Under the pieces are notes generated by a model. That model was not told where the DNA came from and did no database searches. It saw only the letters and a list, made by a program, of their open reading frames with translations. Positions 27,324-35,457 of a DNA stretch of 48,039 bases are shown piece by piece. This DNA is from an uncultured Clostridia bacterium. GTDB lineage: Bacteria > Bacillota > Clostridia > Christensenellales > UBA1242. Position 1 is the stretch's first letter. The number at the start of each line of letters is the position of its first letter. Location: positions 1 to 48,039 of the forward strand of contig CALVOB010000033.1 in assembly GCA_944350095.1 (NCBI GenBank), in the 5' to 3' direction. Position numbers and translations under genes: made by a program.

Positions 27324-28013
27324 ATGTACCCATTAGAAGAAAATATCGATGGCGATTATGTAGAATTAGTTCATTTTTTAAATTCATTAAATAGAAGATT
27401 TATAATTGTAAGTGGAAAAGATGGTAAAGCTTTTGAAGATTATATTCAAAATGGCTTTTCTGATACATTAAAAATAATAAAATCATCAAAAACTCAAAAG
27501 GAATTAGATAGCAATTTAAATTTGTTATTTGACCATTTTGAGCCAAAACTTGCTGATATTTTAGCTGGAAAAGGTGAAATGCAGACAAAGGTAGAAAATG
27601 CTTTTAGAGAAATGGGAAAAATTAAGGCAGAAGAAAAAGCAAAATCTGAATGGCAAATTAAAGGTATTAGCCAAAGAAAGATTGATGAGGTTAGTGAAGA
27701 ACTTTTAAGTGAAAAGAAACAGTTAAAAAATGCTGTAAACAATTTACATAATGCAAAAGAAATTACAACAGATAAAGAAAAATTAGCTTTAATGTTAAAG
27801 TCTAGTGGAATGTCTGAACAAGAATTTAAAAGCAGATTACTTAAAGCATATGAAGGTTATGCAAAGGAACTTAGAAACCATAGAGAAAAATATCATAGTT
27901 TAGTTCTTGATTATAATGAAATGCTATTTGAAAATGTAGCAATAGCAGAGGTAAACGAAAAAAGATATTCTGTAAAACATACAGTAAACACAGCTAATAT
28001 GGAAACTGCTTAA
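27324..28013 (+). CDS. hypothetical coiled-coil protein
   Basis: ATG 27324 follows AAGGAGA (27310-27316). The track's TTG 27255 start lies inside the truA terminator. No recognisable motif. Confidence 0.55.
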   Translation: MYPLEENIDGDYVELVHFLNSLNRRFIIVSGKDGKAFEDYIQNGFSDTLKIIKSSKTQKELDSNLNLLFDHFEPKLADILAGKGEMQTKVENAFREMGKIKAEEKAKSEWQIKGISQRKIDEVSEELLSEKKQLKNAVNNLHNAKEITTDKEKLALMLKSSGMSEQEFKSRLLKAYEGYAKELRNHREKYHSLVLDYNEMLFENVAIAEVNEKRYSVKHTVNTANMETA

Positions 28014-28039
28014 AAGTTTAAAAAAATTGTTAAATAGTG

Positions 28040-28122
28040 TTGACAATAAACAAAAAATAGTATAAACTTAATGCGTCTTAACTTTAAGGCGCTTTTTATT
28101 TGTGGATTAGCCCCCTACAAAT
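28040..28122 (+). promoter_or_regulatory. rplM promoter plus structured leader (candidate L13 ribosomal-protein leader/attenuator)
   Basis: TTGACA (28040-28045) with TATAAA/TAAACT as the -10. Leader hairpin GCGTCTTA-actt-TAAGGCGC (28073-28092) is followed by TTTTT. A second hairpin, ATTTGTGG..CTACAAAT (28098-28122), lies just before the SD. Confidence 0.35.
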
Positions 28123-28158
28123 ATCTTTAAAGAAGGACAAATATTTTTGGAGGATAAT

Positions 28159-28602
28159 ATGAAAACATTGATGGCAAAGCCAGCAGAAGTTGAAAGAAAA
28201 TGGTATATAGTAGATGCAACAGATATGCCACTTGGAAGACTTGCTAGTCAAGTAGCAGATATTCTTCATGGCAAGAATAAAGTTGATTACACACCAAATG
28301 TTGATGCTGGTGACCATGTTATAGTAATAAATTCAGACAATGTAGTTTTAACAGGAAAGAAACTTTCACAAAAGAAACTTCGTTGGCACACAGGCTATGT
28401 AGGTGGCCTAAAAGAAGTTGACTATAAAACACTTATGGCAACAAACTCAGAAAAAGCTGTTATGCAAGCAGTTAAAGGAATGCTTCCTAAAAATTCTCTT
28501 GGCAGAAAGATGCTAACTCGCCTTAGAGTATTTAAAGGTGCAGAACACGACCATATTGCACAACAACCAATTTTAGTTGAGTTAAAAGGAGCTAGAAAAT
28601 AA
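28159..28602 (+). CDS. rplM: 50S ribosomal protein L13
   Basis: [37 protein letters not shown] 28159 follows GGAGG. Confidence 0.95.
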   Translation: MKTLMAKPAEVERKWYIVDATDMPLGRLASQVADILHGKNKVDYTPNVDAGDHVIVINSDNVVLTGKKLSQKKLRWHTGYVGGLKEVDYKTLMATNSEKAVMQAVKGMLPKNSLGRKMLTRLRVFKGAEHDHIAQQPILVELKGARK

Positions 28603-29021
28603 TGGCAGAGAGAAAAGCTACTTTAAAACAAAAAGTTCAATTTTTAGGAACAGGAAGAAGAAAAAAAGCAATTGCAAGAGTTAGATTAATTCCTAACGGA
28701 AAAGGTGCAATTGTAATCAATAAAGAAGATATCAATAATTATTTTAAAAGCGATGTTTTAAAACTCATCGTTCGTCAACCATTAGAATTAACAAGCACAA
28801 CAGAAAAGTACGATATTTTTGTAAATGTTATTGGTGGTGGACTTACAGGTCAAGCAGGTGCAATAAGTCTTGGTATTTCAAGAGCACTTATTAAGGCTGA
28901 AGAAAACCTAAGACCAGAACTCAAAAAGGCAGGCTTCTTAACACGCGATTCAAGAAGCAAGGAAAGAAAGAAATACGGCTTAAAGAAAGCTCGTAAAGCT
29001 CCACAATTTAGTAAGCGTTAA
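28602..29021 (+). CDS. rpsI: 30S ribosomal protein S9
   Basis: 139 aa. [12 protein letters not shown].. and the C-terminus [27 protein letters not shown]. Confidence 0.95.
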   Translation: MAERKATLKQKVQFLGTGRRKKAIARVRLIPNGKGAIVINKEDINNYFKSDVLKLIVRQPLELTSTTEKYDIFVNVIGGGLTGQAGAISLGISRALIKAEENLRPELKKAGFLTRDSRSKERKKYGLKKARKAPQFSKR

Positions 29022-29033
29022 ATTTGTTGTTTT

Positions 29034-29064
29034 AAAAATGCGAGGTATACACCTTGCATTTTTA
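29034..29064 (+). terminator. intrinsic terminator after rpsI
   Basis: AAAAATGCGAGG-tataca-CCTTGCATTTTT (one G-U pair). Confidence 0.75.
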
Positions 29065-29239
29065 TTTAAGTTTTATATTGAGATGAAATTTATCCAAGCT
29101 AGTTATTTATGATTTATTTTACTAAATAAAAGCTTGTCGATTATATTTTATAACATACTTTTAGATATGCTATTAAAATTTTTAACTTATTTAGTTTTAT
29201 TTTTTTTTAAAATGTGATATTCTAAACGAGGAGTTTTTT

Positions 29240-30160
29240 ATGTACGATATTATTATTGTTGGCGGTGGTCCCGCTGGACTTACAGCTTCTATTTATGCTT
29301 TAAGAGCAAAAAAAAGCGTTCTATTAATTGAAAGATATATGCCGGGCGGACAGGTGGTACAAACAGGAAAAATTGAAAATTATCCTGGCTTTAAAAGTAT
29401 AGATGGTATGGAACTTTCTAACCTTATGTTTGAACAGGCATCAGATTTAGGGCTAGAAACTATTTATTCCGATGTTATTGAATATGATATAAATAGCAAA
29501 ATTAAAAAAATTAAAACATACGATGGAACTTTTGAAAGTAAAACACTCGTGTTGGCTATGGGGGCGGTTGCAAGACAGCTTGATGTAGAAAATGAAAAAA
29601 AATATATTGGTAAAGGTATAAGTTATTGTGCAACATGTGACGGAAATTTTTATAAAGACAAAGTTGTTGCAGTAGTAGGAGGAGGAAACACAAGTTTTGA
29701 AGACTGTTTGTACTTAGCTGATATTGTAAGTAAAATATATCTTATTCATAGGCGTGATGAATTTAGGGGAGATGTGCATACACTTCAAAAGTTAAAAGAA
29801 TATGAAAAAAATGGTAAAATAGAATTTGTTTTAAATTCTGTTGTTAAAAGTTTAAATGGTGATGATAAACTAAGAAGCGTAGTAGTTGAAAATAAGTTAG
29901 ATAAAAAAGAAAGAGAAATTGTAATTGACGGACTGTTTGTTGCAATAGGAAGACGCCCAGATACAAATTTAATTCAGGATAAAATAAATTTAGATGAAAA
30001 TGGCTATATTTTGACAGATGAAAATATGCGTACAAATGTAGAAGGTGTTTATGCAATAGGAGATGTAAGACAAAAAAGACTTAGACAAATTGTAACTGCT
30101 TGCAGTGATGGGGCAATAGCTTCTGTGGATATTATAGATTATATTTCTAAAAATTTTTGA
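29240..30160 (+). CDS. trxB: thioredoxin-disulfide reductase
   Basis: 306 aa. GGGPAG FAD motif, redox-active CATCDG, GGGNTSFE NADPH motif, GDV. Confidence 0.9.
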   Translation: MYDIIIVGGGPAGLTASIYALRAKKSVLLIERYMPGGQVVQTGKIENYPGFKSIDGMELSNLMFEQASDLGLETIYSDVIEYDINSKIKKIKTYDGTFESKTLVLAMGAVARQLDVENEKKYIGKGISYCATCDGNFYKDKVVAVVGGGNTSFEDCLYLADIVSKIYLIHRRDEFRGDVHTLQKLKEYEKNGKIEFVLNSVVKSLNGDDKLRSVVVENKLDKKEREIVIDGLFVAIGRRPDTNLIQDKINLDENGYILTDENMRTNVEGVYAIGDVRQKRLRQIVTACSDGAIASVDIIDYISKNF

Positions 30161-30166
30161 GGTAGT

Positions 30167-30726
30167 ATGAAAATTGAATATGAAGCACGATTATTAGATG
30201 TGAATGTAAAAGATTTTATTCAAAAATTAAATAAGTTAGGTGCGAAATTTATTGGCGATAATATTCAAATTCGTAATTGTTATGATTTTAACCCTGTAAA
30301 AGAAAATTCATGGATAAGACTTAGAACTAATGTCGAAGAAACAACTTTAACAATAAAAGAAATTTGTGGACAAAAATTGATGGAACTAAGGAAAGTGAAA
30401 TAATAGTATCAGATTTTAAAACCACGGATGAGATTTTAAATAAACTGGGCTTTAAGGCTCGAAGCGTGCAAGAAAATAGAAGAATAAAATATAGTTTAAA
30501 TAATGTTGAAATAGATATAGACTTTTGGCCACTTATACCACCTTTTGTAGAAATTGAAGCGAGTTCTAAAAAAGAAATAGAAAATACATGTAAATTATTA
30601 AAAATTGATATAAAAAATCTTGTAAATATTGATATTACAAAAATATATGAAAAATATGGAATAAAAAATGTTGAAAAAATTGCTAAATTAACTTTGGAAA
30701 ATTCTAAAAAAAATAATAAAAATTAG
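30167..30726 (+). pseudogene. CYTH-domain protein (class IV adenylyl cyclase/triphosphatase-like), frameshifted
   Basis: ORFs 30167..30403 and 30364..30726 together give an N-terminal EYEARLL (ExExK-like) start, ..WIRLR..LTIKE.. and ..VEIDIDFWP..PFVEIE. Adding one A to the A5 run at 30372-30376 restores a single reading frame of about 186 aa. Confidence 0.75.
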
Positions 30727-30735
30727 GAGAAAACA

Positions 30736-30894
30736 ATGTATAAAACGGAAATTATTAAAAAAACCGCAAGCATAGAAAAAAGAGCAAAATTAATTGAAGA
30801 AAAATGTAATTCAATGGAAAGTGAGGGCTATAATTTAATTTCAGTATGTTCCACACCCAATTTTGGAGCGATATTAGTTTTTAAAAAAGGATAA
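30736..30894 (+). CDS. small hypothetical protein (52 aa, DUF4177-like pattern)
   Basis: Not in the ORF track. ATG 30736 lies 5 nt after AGGAGA. MYKTEIIKK..MESEGYNLISVC..GAILVFKKG resembles the small GW-type DUF4177 fold. Confidence 0.4.
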   Translation: MYKTEIIKKTASIEKRAKLIEEKCNSMESEGYNLISVCSTPNFGAILVFKKG

Positions 30895-30897
30895 AAA

Positions 30898-31377
30898 ATG
30901 AATATTATTTACATACATCATGCTCATAGAAAGCGTGAATTTCCTAGGTCGCAAGATGAAGATATTACAGAGTTAGGTGAAAGGGATGCCAATTTAACTG
31001 CAGAACTTTTAAAAGCTTCAAATTTAAAGATAGATAAAATTTATACATCTGAATTTTATAGATGTACAAAAACTGCAAATATTATCAACAAATATTTAAA
31101 TGCAAAAATTATTATAGAGCCAAGGTTCAATGAACATGGAAGCAGGGAAGGTGAAAGCTGGCTAGATACTCAGCTTAGAATTCGCGAGGCTTTAATGGAT
31201 ATAATAAAAAGTCATAATAACGAGGATAATATTGTTTGTGTTACTAGTGGAATAAATGTTGTAGCTTTTATAGGTTTGTATTATGGAATTGAGCCAGCTA
31301 ACAATTTGCCAATTATTGGCGTTCCTAGTTGTTCACCATTATCATTTCAATTTGATAAAGATAAGTATGCGCCTTGA
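30898..31377 (+). CDS. histidine-phosphatase-superfamily protein (divergent)
   Basis: 159 aa. N-terminal IYIHHAHR (RHG-like) and ..LGERDA..IYTSEFYRCTKTA pattern. The downstream catalytic His region is divergent. Confidence 0.5.
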   Translation: MNIIYIHHAHRKREFPRSQDEDITELGERDANLTAELLKASNLKIDKIYTSEFYRCTKTANIINKYLNAKIIIEPRFNEHGSREGESWLDTQLRIREALMDIIKSHNNEDNIVCVTSGINVVAFIGLYYGIEPANNLPIIGVPSCSPLSFQFDKDKYAP

Positions 31378-31423
31378 CATTAAAAGATAATTATATTAAA
31401 ATACTAAAAATAGGAGAAAAATT

Positions 31424-32980
31424 ATGTGGGCAAATGAAATTGCTGAAAGAATAGTTAGAGAAAGACCAAATGAAAAAGTTTATACAATAGCTTCGGGGGT
31501 AAGTCCGTCTGGATTTGTGCATATAGGAAATTTTCGCGAAATTGTAACCCCATTTTTTGTTGCTAAGGCATTAAAGAATATGGGTAAAAATGTTCGTTTT
31601 ATATTGTCTTTAGATGAATTTGATAGATTTAGAAAAGTTCCTGGAAACATTCCAAGCGAGTATTCAAAATATATTGGTATGCCCTATGTGGATATGCCAA
31701 GTCCTTTTTCACAAAACGAGAGCTATGCTGAATATTTTGAAAAGCGTTTTTTAGGAGAACTTAAAGCTGTTGGTATAGAGCCAGAGTGCATATATCAAGC
31801 TAAAGAATATAGAAGTGGAAGATATGCAGAAAAAATAAAGCTTGCTATGGATAAGCGTTTTGAAATATTCGATATTATAGATAGTTTTAGAACTCAAGAT
31901 GCAGAAGAAGGAGAGAAAGAAAAATATTATCCTATTAGCATTTATTGCGATAGTTGTGGCAAAGAAACAAAGGAAATTGTTTCTTATGATAGTAATTCTG
32001 GGGAAATAGAATATAAATGTGCATGTGGGCATATTGGAAAAACAAATATATTTACAGCTAAAAATATTAAACTTCAATGGAAAGTGGATTGGCCAATGCG
32101 ATGGCAGGCAGAAAATGTAATTTTCGAGTCTGGTGGAATGGACCATTCTACAACAAATGGAAGTCATGATGTTGCGGAAAGAATATCAAAGGAAATTTTT
32201 GGATTTATTCCTCCTATTTATGAACCATATAATTTTATAGGTATTAAGGGCGGGGGAGCTAAAATGAGTTCTTCCACAGGTAATGTTCTTACATTAACAG
32301 ATTTATTAAAGGTCTATGATAAACATCAAATTTTATGGTTTTATGCAAAATATAAACCTATGCAAAACTTTAATCTTGCACTTGATAATGATGTTATAAG
32401 ATATTATAGCGAGTTTGACAGATTTGTTAAAATGATGTTTGAAAATAGAATAGATGAGGGAAATAAGGAAATATTATCTTATACTGATGTAGATGAAACA
32501 TATTTAAATTATCCAAACTTTAGCTATTTAGCAACTTTTCTTCCAATAGTAAACTTTAATTTAGATTTTTTAGCTACTCTTATGAAAAAAGAAAACGCGG
32601 ACCCCACATCTTCTTATTACAAAGAGCGTTTGACAAGAGCAATTTATTGGGTAGAAAATTATGGAAAAGAATATCAAGTTAATTTGCTTGAAAATAAAAA
32701 TATAGAATATTTTAATTCTTTAACAGAGGAAGAAAAATCTTGGATAAATAAAACTATTGAACTTTTAGATAAGGAATATAAAACTAGTGATGAGCTTCAA
32801 ACAGAGTTATATGCTGTTATAAAATATTTAAATTTAGACCCACAAGAATTAAAGAAAGTTCAAAAGCATTATTTTGAAATTTTATATAATTTGCTTCTTG
32901 GTAAAAATCAAGGCCCTAAACTTGGAATATTTTTACTAGCTGTACCAAAAGAAAAATTATTAAACCTATTAAAATTTTAG
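31424..32980 (+). CDS. lysS: lysine--tRNA ligase, class I
   Basis: 518 aa. SGVSPSGFVHIGNFREI (HIGH-type) and GGAKMSSSTGN (KMSKS-type) class I motifs, plus a CxxC..CxC zinc knuckle. Archaeal/spirochaete-type LysRS architecture. Confidence 0.85.
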   Translation: MWANEIAERIVRERPNEKVYTIASGVSPSGFVHIGNFREIVTPFFVAKALKNMGKNVRFILSLDEFDRFRKVPGNIPSEYSKYIGMPYVDMPSPFSQNESYAEYFEKRFLGELKAVGIEPECIYQAKEYRSGRYAEKIKLAMDKRFEIFDIIDSFRTQDAEEGEKEKYYPISIYCDSCGKETKEIVSYDSNSGEIEYKCACGHIGKTNIFTAKNIKLQWKVDWPMRWQAENVIFESGGMDHSTTNGSHDVAERISKEIFGFIPPIYEPYNFIGIKGGGAKMSSSTGNVLTLTDLLKVYDKHQILWFYAKYKPMQNFNLALDNDVIRYYSEFDRFVKMMFENRIDEGNKEILSYTDVDETYLNYPNFSYLATFLPIVNFNLDFLATLMKKENADPTSSYYKERLTRAIYWVENYGKEYQVNLLENKNIEYFNSLTEEEKSWINKTIELLDKEYKTSDELQTELYAVIKYLNLDPQELKKVQKHYFEILYNLLLGKNQGPKLGIFLLAVPKEKLLNLLKF

Positions 32981-32988
32981 GAGCTAAA

Positions 32989-33498
32989 ATGTTTGAGATA
33001 ATCTTTAAATTTAATTTCCCTACTGATTGGATAAAAATTGAAAAAGAGCGTTATCCTGATTACAAAATTTTTTCTACTGATTTTGCACCCTGTTTGTTTG
33101 CATTTAAAGTTTTAAATAATGGAAATACCTATGTTATTACCATAAATAATTATGGTGAAAACGGTGATAACATGATTTCAGAATTAAAGCGCAATTTAAA
33201 GAATATTGAAGAAAGAAATGCATTAATAGACAAAAAAGAAACTGCCTTTATTATTCCAATATTTTATGATTATATGGACATTTTAGGTAAAAAGGCGTTT
33301 GTTAATTTGTTGAAAGTTAGAAATGATTTAAATGAATTTGTTTATACTTTTCAAATATTAATGGAAATAAATAATAGCATGTTTTGTTTTGCTTCTCCCG
33401 TGTTTGATGTTATAGAAACAAATGCTTTAAATTCGGTGTTAAATAGTTTTGTAATTAAACAATTAATTGATGTTGTGATAAAATCTGCTATAAATTAA
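32989..33498 (+). CDS. hypothetical protein
   Basis: 169 aa. SD AGGAG upstream. No recognisable motif. Confidence 0.5.
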   Translation: MFEIIFKFNFPTDWIKIEKERYPDYKIFSTDFAPCLFAFKVLNNGNTYVITINNYGENGDNMISELKRNLKNIEERNALIDKKETAFIIPIFYDYMDILGKKAFVNLLKVRNDLNEFVYTFQILMEINNSMFCFASPVFDVIETNALNSVLNSFVIKQLIDVVIKSAIN

Positions 33499-33528
33499 AA
33501 AAATAAGCATTTTCTGCTTATTTTTTTT
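33497..33528. terminator. bidirectional intrinsic terminator
   Basis: AAAAAAATAAGCA-ttttc-TGCTTATTTTTTT between convergent genes. Confidence 0.7.
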
Positions 33529-33557
33529 GTAATTTTATCTATATTAATTTTTAATTA

Positions 33558-33920
33558 TTATTTATTTAAATCATTATTTTTTCTTGCTAAAACATTTTTA
33601 TATTTTGGAAATTTATCAGATAAAAATTTTTGCCATTCATTATCATACGATTTATGAAGGTCGTTACAACTAAAATCACTAAAAACTAATGTGCTACCTA
33701 CACCATATTTACTAGCTGTGTTTAATAATTTTAAGATAGGAACATATTTTGATAATTCATTTTTTACACTATTTAGTAGTTCGTCTTGATATTTAACTAA
33801 AACTAAATAGGATTTTTTACCTTTTAAAACTTGAATATCTTCAATTTCATTGTTTACCATAAAGCCTAAGCTTTCACAAAATGTTGTAAAATCGCTTCTG
33901 TTTAATTTTTCTATGAACAT
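33558..33920 (-). CDS. hypothetical protein
   Basis: 120 aa. SD AGGAG upstream on the - strand. Cotranscribed with 33929..34576. Confidence 0.5.
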   Translation of the reverse strand: MFIEKLNRSDFTTFCESLGFMVNNEIEDIQVLKGKKSYLVLVKYQDELLNSVKNELSKYVPILKLLNTASKYGVGSTLVFSDFSCNDLHKSYDNEWQKFLSDKFPKYKNVLARKNNDLNK

Positions 33921-33928
33921 ATTTACTC

Positions 33929-34576
33929 CTATAATTCACAAATAGTTTCTGGTAAATTTGGTTTGTAAGGTTGTATCGCTGTGTTGGTAGATTGTTTAAT
34001 TTTATTTACTCTTTCTATTAATGTTTGCCAATTAGTTTCATTTGTATTTTTATTAGAATTTGTAAATGCTTCTTTTTCATTACATTCAATAAAATAAGCA
34101 TTTTTATTCATTTTTTCTTTTAAAGTATTAATTTTTGATTTTGCATTTTGCAATCTTTTATAGGCAAGTTTTTTTACTAAAAACTTTGGGGCTTTGAAAA
34201 TTGCATTAATTGCTTCGTATGCATATAAACCAATTTCTAATACTATTGCACCAACCGCACCTACTGCCATTAAAGGTGCACACAAAATAGCTTTTGCTAT
34301 TTTTTTAATTTTTACTGTTTTTGTATCTGACTTTTTTATATAATCATAAAAGGCATTATTCAACATTGAATAATAAAAAATATTTACAGGGAAAAGCATG
34401 CTAAAATTTGTTCCATCGTTAAAGTGTATTCCGTCATAAATTGGGTTATAAGCATTTGAATTTTTTATAAATTTTGCAAGTTTTAATGCTTTTTCATTAT
34501 CTCGTATAATTTCATTTTTATCGTTCAAAATTTTAGTTTCAAGAGAAATTTCTTTTTTAAATTTAAATTTTTTCAT
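33929..34576 (-). CDS. hypothetical membrane protein
   Basis: 215 aa with one central hydrophobic hairpin (AILCAPLMAVGAVGAIVLEIGLYAY). Confidence 0.5.
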   Translation of the reverse strand: MKKFKFKKEISLETKILNDKNEIIRDNEKALKLAKFIKNSNAYNPIYDGIHFNDGTNFSMLFPVNIFYYSMLNNAFYDYIKKSDTKTVKIKKIAKAILCAPLMAVGAVGAIVLEIGLYAYEAINAIFKAPKFLVKKLAYKRLQNAKSKINTLKEKMNKNAYFIECNEKEAFTNSNKNTNETNWQTLIERVNKIKQSTNTAIQPYKPNLPETICEL

Positions 34577-34600
34577 AATTTACCTCAAATTTGTATATAA

Positions 34601-34629
34601 ATATTAGCACTTTTTGCGTCAATTGTCAA
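34601..34629 (-). promoter_or_regulatory. sigma-70-type promoter for the minus-strand two-gene operon
   Basis: On the - strand: TTGACA (34629-34624), 17-nt spacer, TAATAT (34606-34601). Confidence 0.55.
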
Positions 34630-34660
34630 TACCCCTCTTTGTTAAGGACTTTAATTTTGC

Positions 34661-34689
34661 TTGAAAACTTTTTACTTCATTGTTATAAT
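34661..34689 (+). promoter_or_regulatory. consensus sigma-70 promoter (divergent)
   Basis: TTGAAA (34661-34666), 17-nt spacer, TATAAT (34684-34689). Confidence 0.55.
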
Positions 34690-34709
34690 AAAACAATAAG
34701 AGAGGTAAT

Positions 34710-35369
34710 TTGAAATTTAAAGAGCTTATATATAACTTTATTCATGATAAAAAATTTAGAACTTCCAAGATAACAAATGTTACAATGTATTATAATTATA
34801 TATGGGCATGTATAAAAATTGTTTTTGGGATATTTTTTAATACATTATATTTTTGTCTTAGTGGAATTTATACTATATTGATTGCTTTTACAAAGCGTGT
34901 TTTTCATAATAATTTTAAAAACAACAATGAAAGGGAATGCTTAAAAAAATTTTTAAAAATGGCAATTCTTATTTTAGTTGCTAGTATTATTTTTATAATG
35001 TATATGTCTAGATTATTCTTTATTGATTATTCTTATAATTACAATACAATAATTGGTATAGTCATAGCTGCTTTTTCCTTTACTGAACTTGGAATTTCTA
35101 TTGGAGGAATTGTAAGTGCGACAAAGAAAAATGATTATCTTATGATAGGTATTAAATGTTGCAATTTAAGTTCTGCTTTTATTGCTATTGTGCTTACTCA
35201 AATAGCACTTTTATCGCTTCCAGAAACTATAAATGCTAATCTATATAATGCAATTTCTGGTATTGTGTTCGGTTCTTTATCTATGCTAATTGGGATTTTT
35301 ATGATTATTTTTTATAAAAAGAAAGTAAAAAATCTACCTAAAAATGAAGAAATTCAACCAAACTTATAA
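34710..35369 (+). CDS. hypothetical polytopic membrane protein
   Basis: 219 aa, TTG start after AGAGG, 5-6 predicted TM helices. Confidence 0.5.
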   Translation: MKFKELIYNFIHDKKFRTSKITNVTMYYNYIWACIKIVFGIFFNTLYFCLSGIYTILIAFTKRVFHNNFKNNNERECLKKFLKMAILILVASIIFIMYMSRLFFIDYSYNYNTIIGIVIAAFSFTELGISIGGIVSATKKNDYLMIGIKCCNLSSAFIAIVLTQIALLSLPETINANLYNAISGIVFGSLSMLIGIFMIIFYKKKVKNLPKNEEIQPNL

Positions 35370-35398
35370 AAATTCTAATTTAAATCGTGGTATTTTTA

Positions 35399-35427
35399 AT
35401 GACTTTTATGTAATTTTATGTTACAAT
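35399..35427 (+). promoter_or_regulatory. candidate promoter (extended -10) for the ABC operon
   Basis: ATGACT/TGACTT as the -35, then TGt-TACAAT (35419-35427). Confidence 0.4.
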
Positions 35428-35457
35428 TTGGGGAAACTAAAAAAAGAGGGTTGTTAA

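Noticed and set aside
28100-28110. DnaA-box-like TGTGGATTA (and TTATCCAAG near 29090) as an origin signature
   Set aside because: These are single, imperfect, isolated matches with no cluster and no dnaA/dnaN context.
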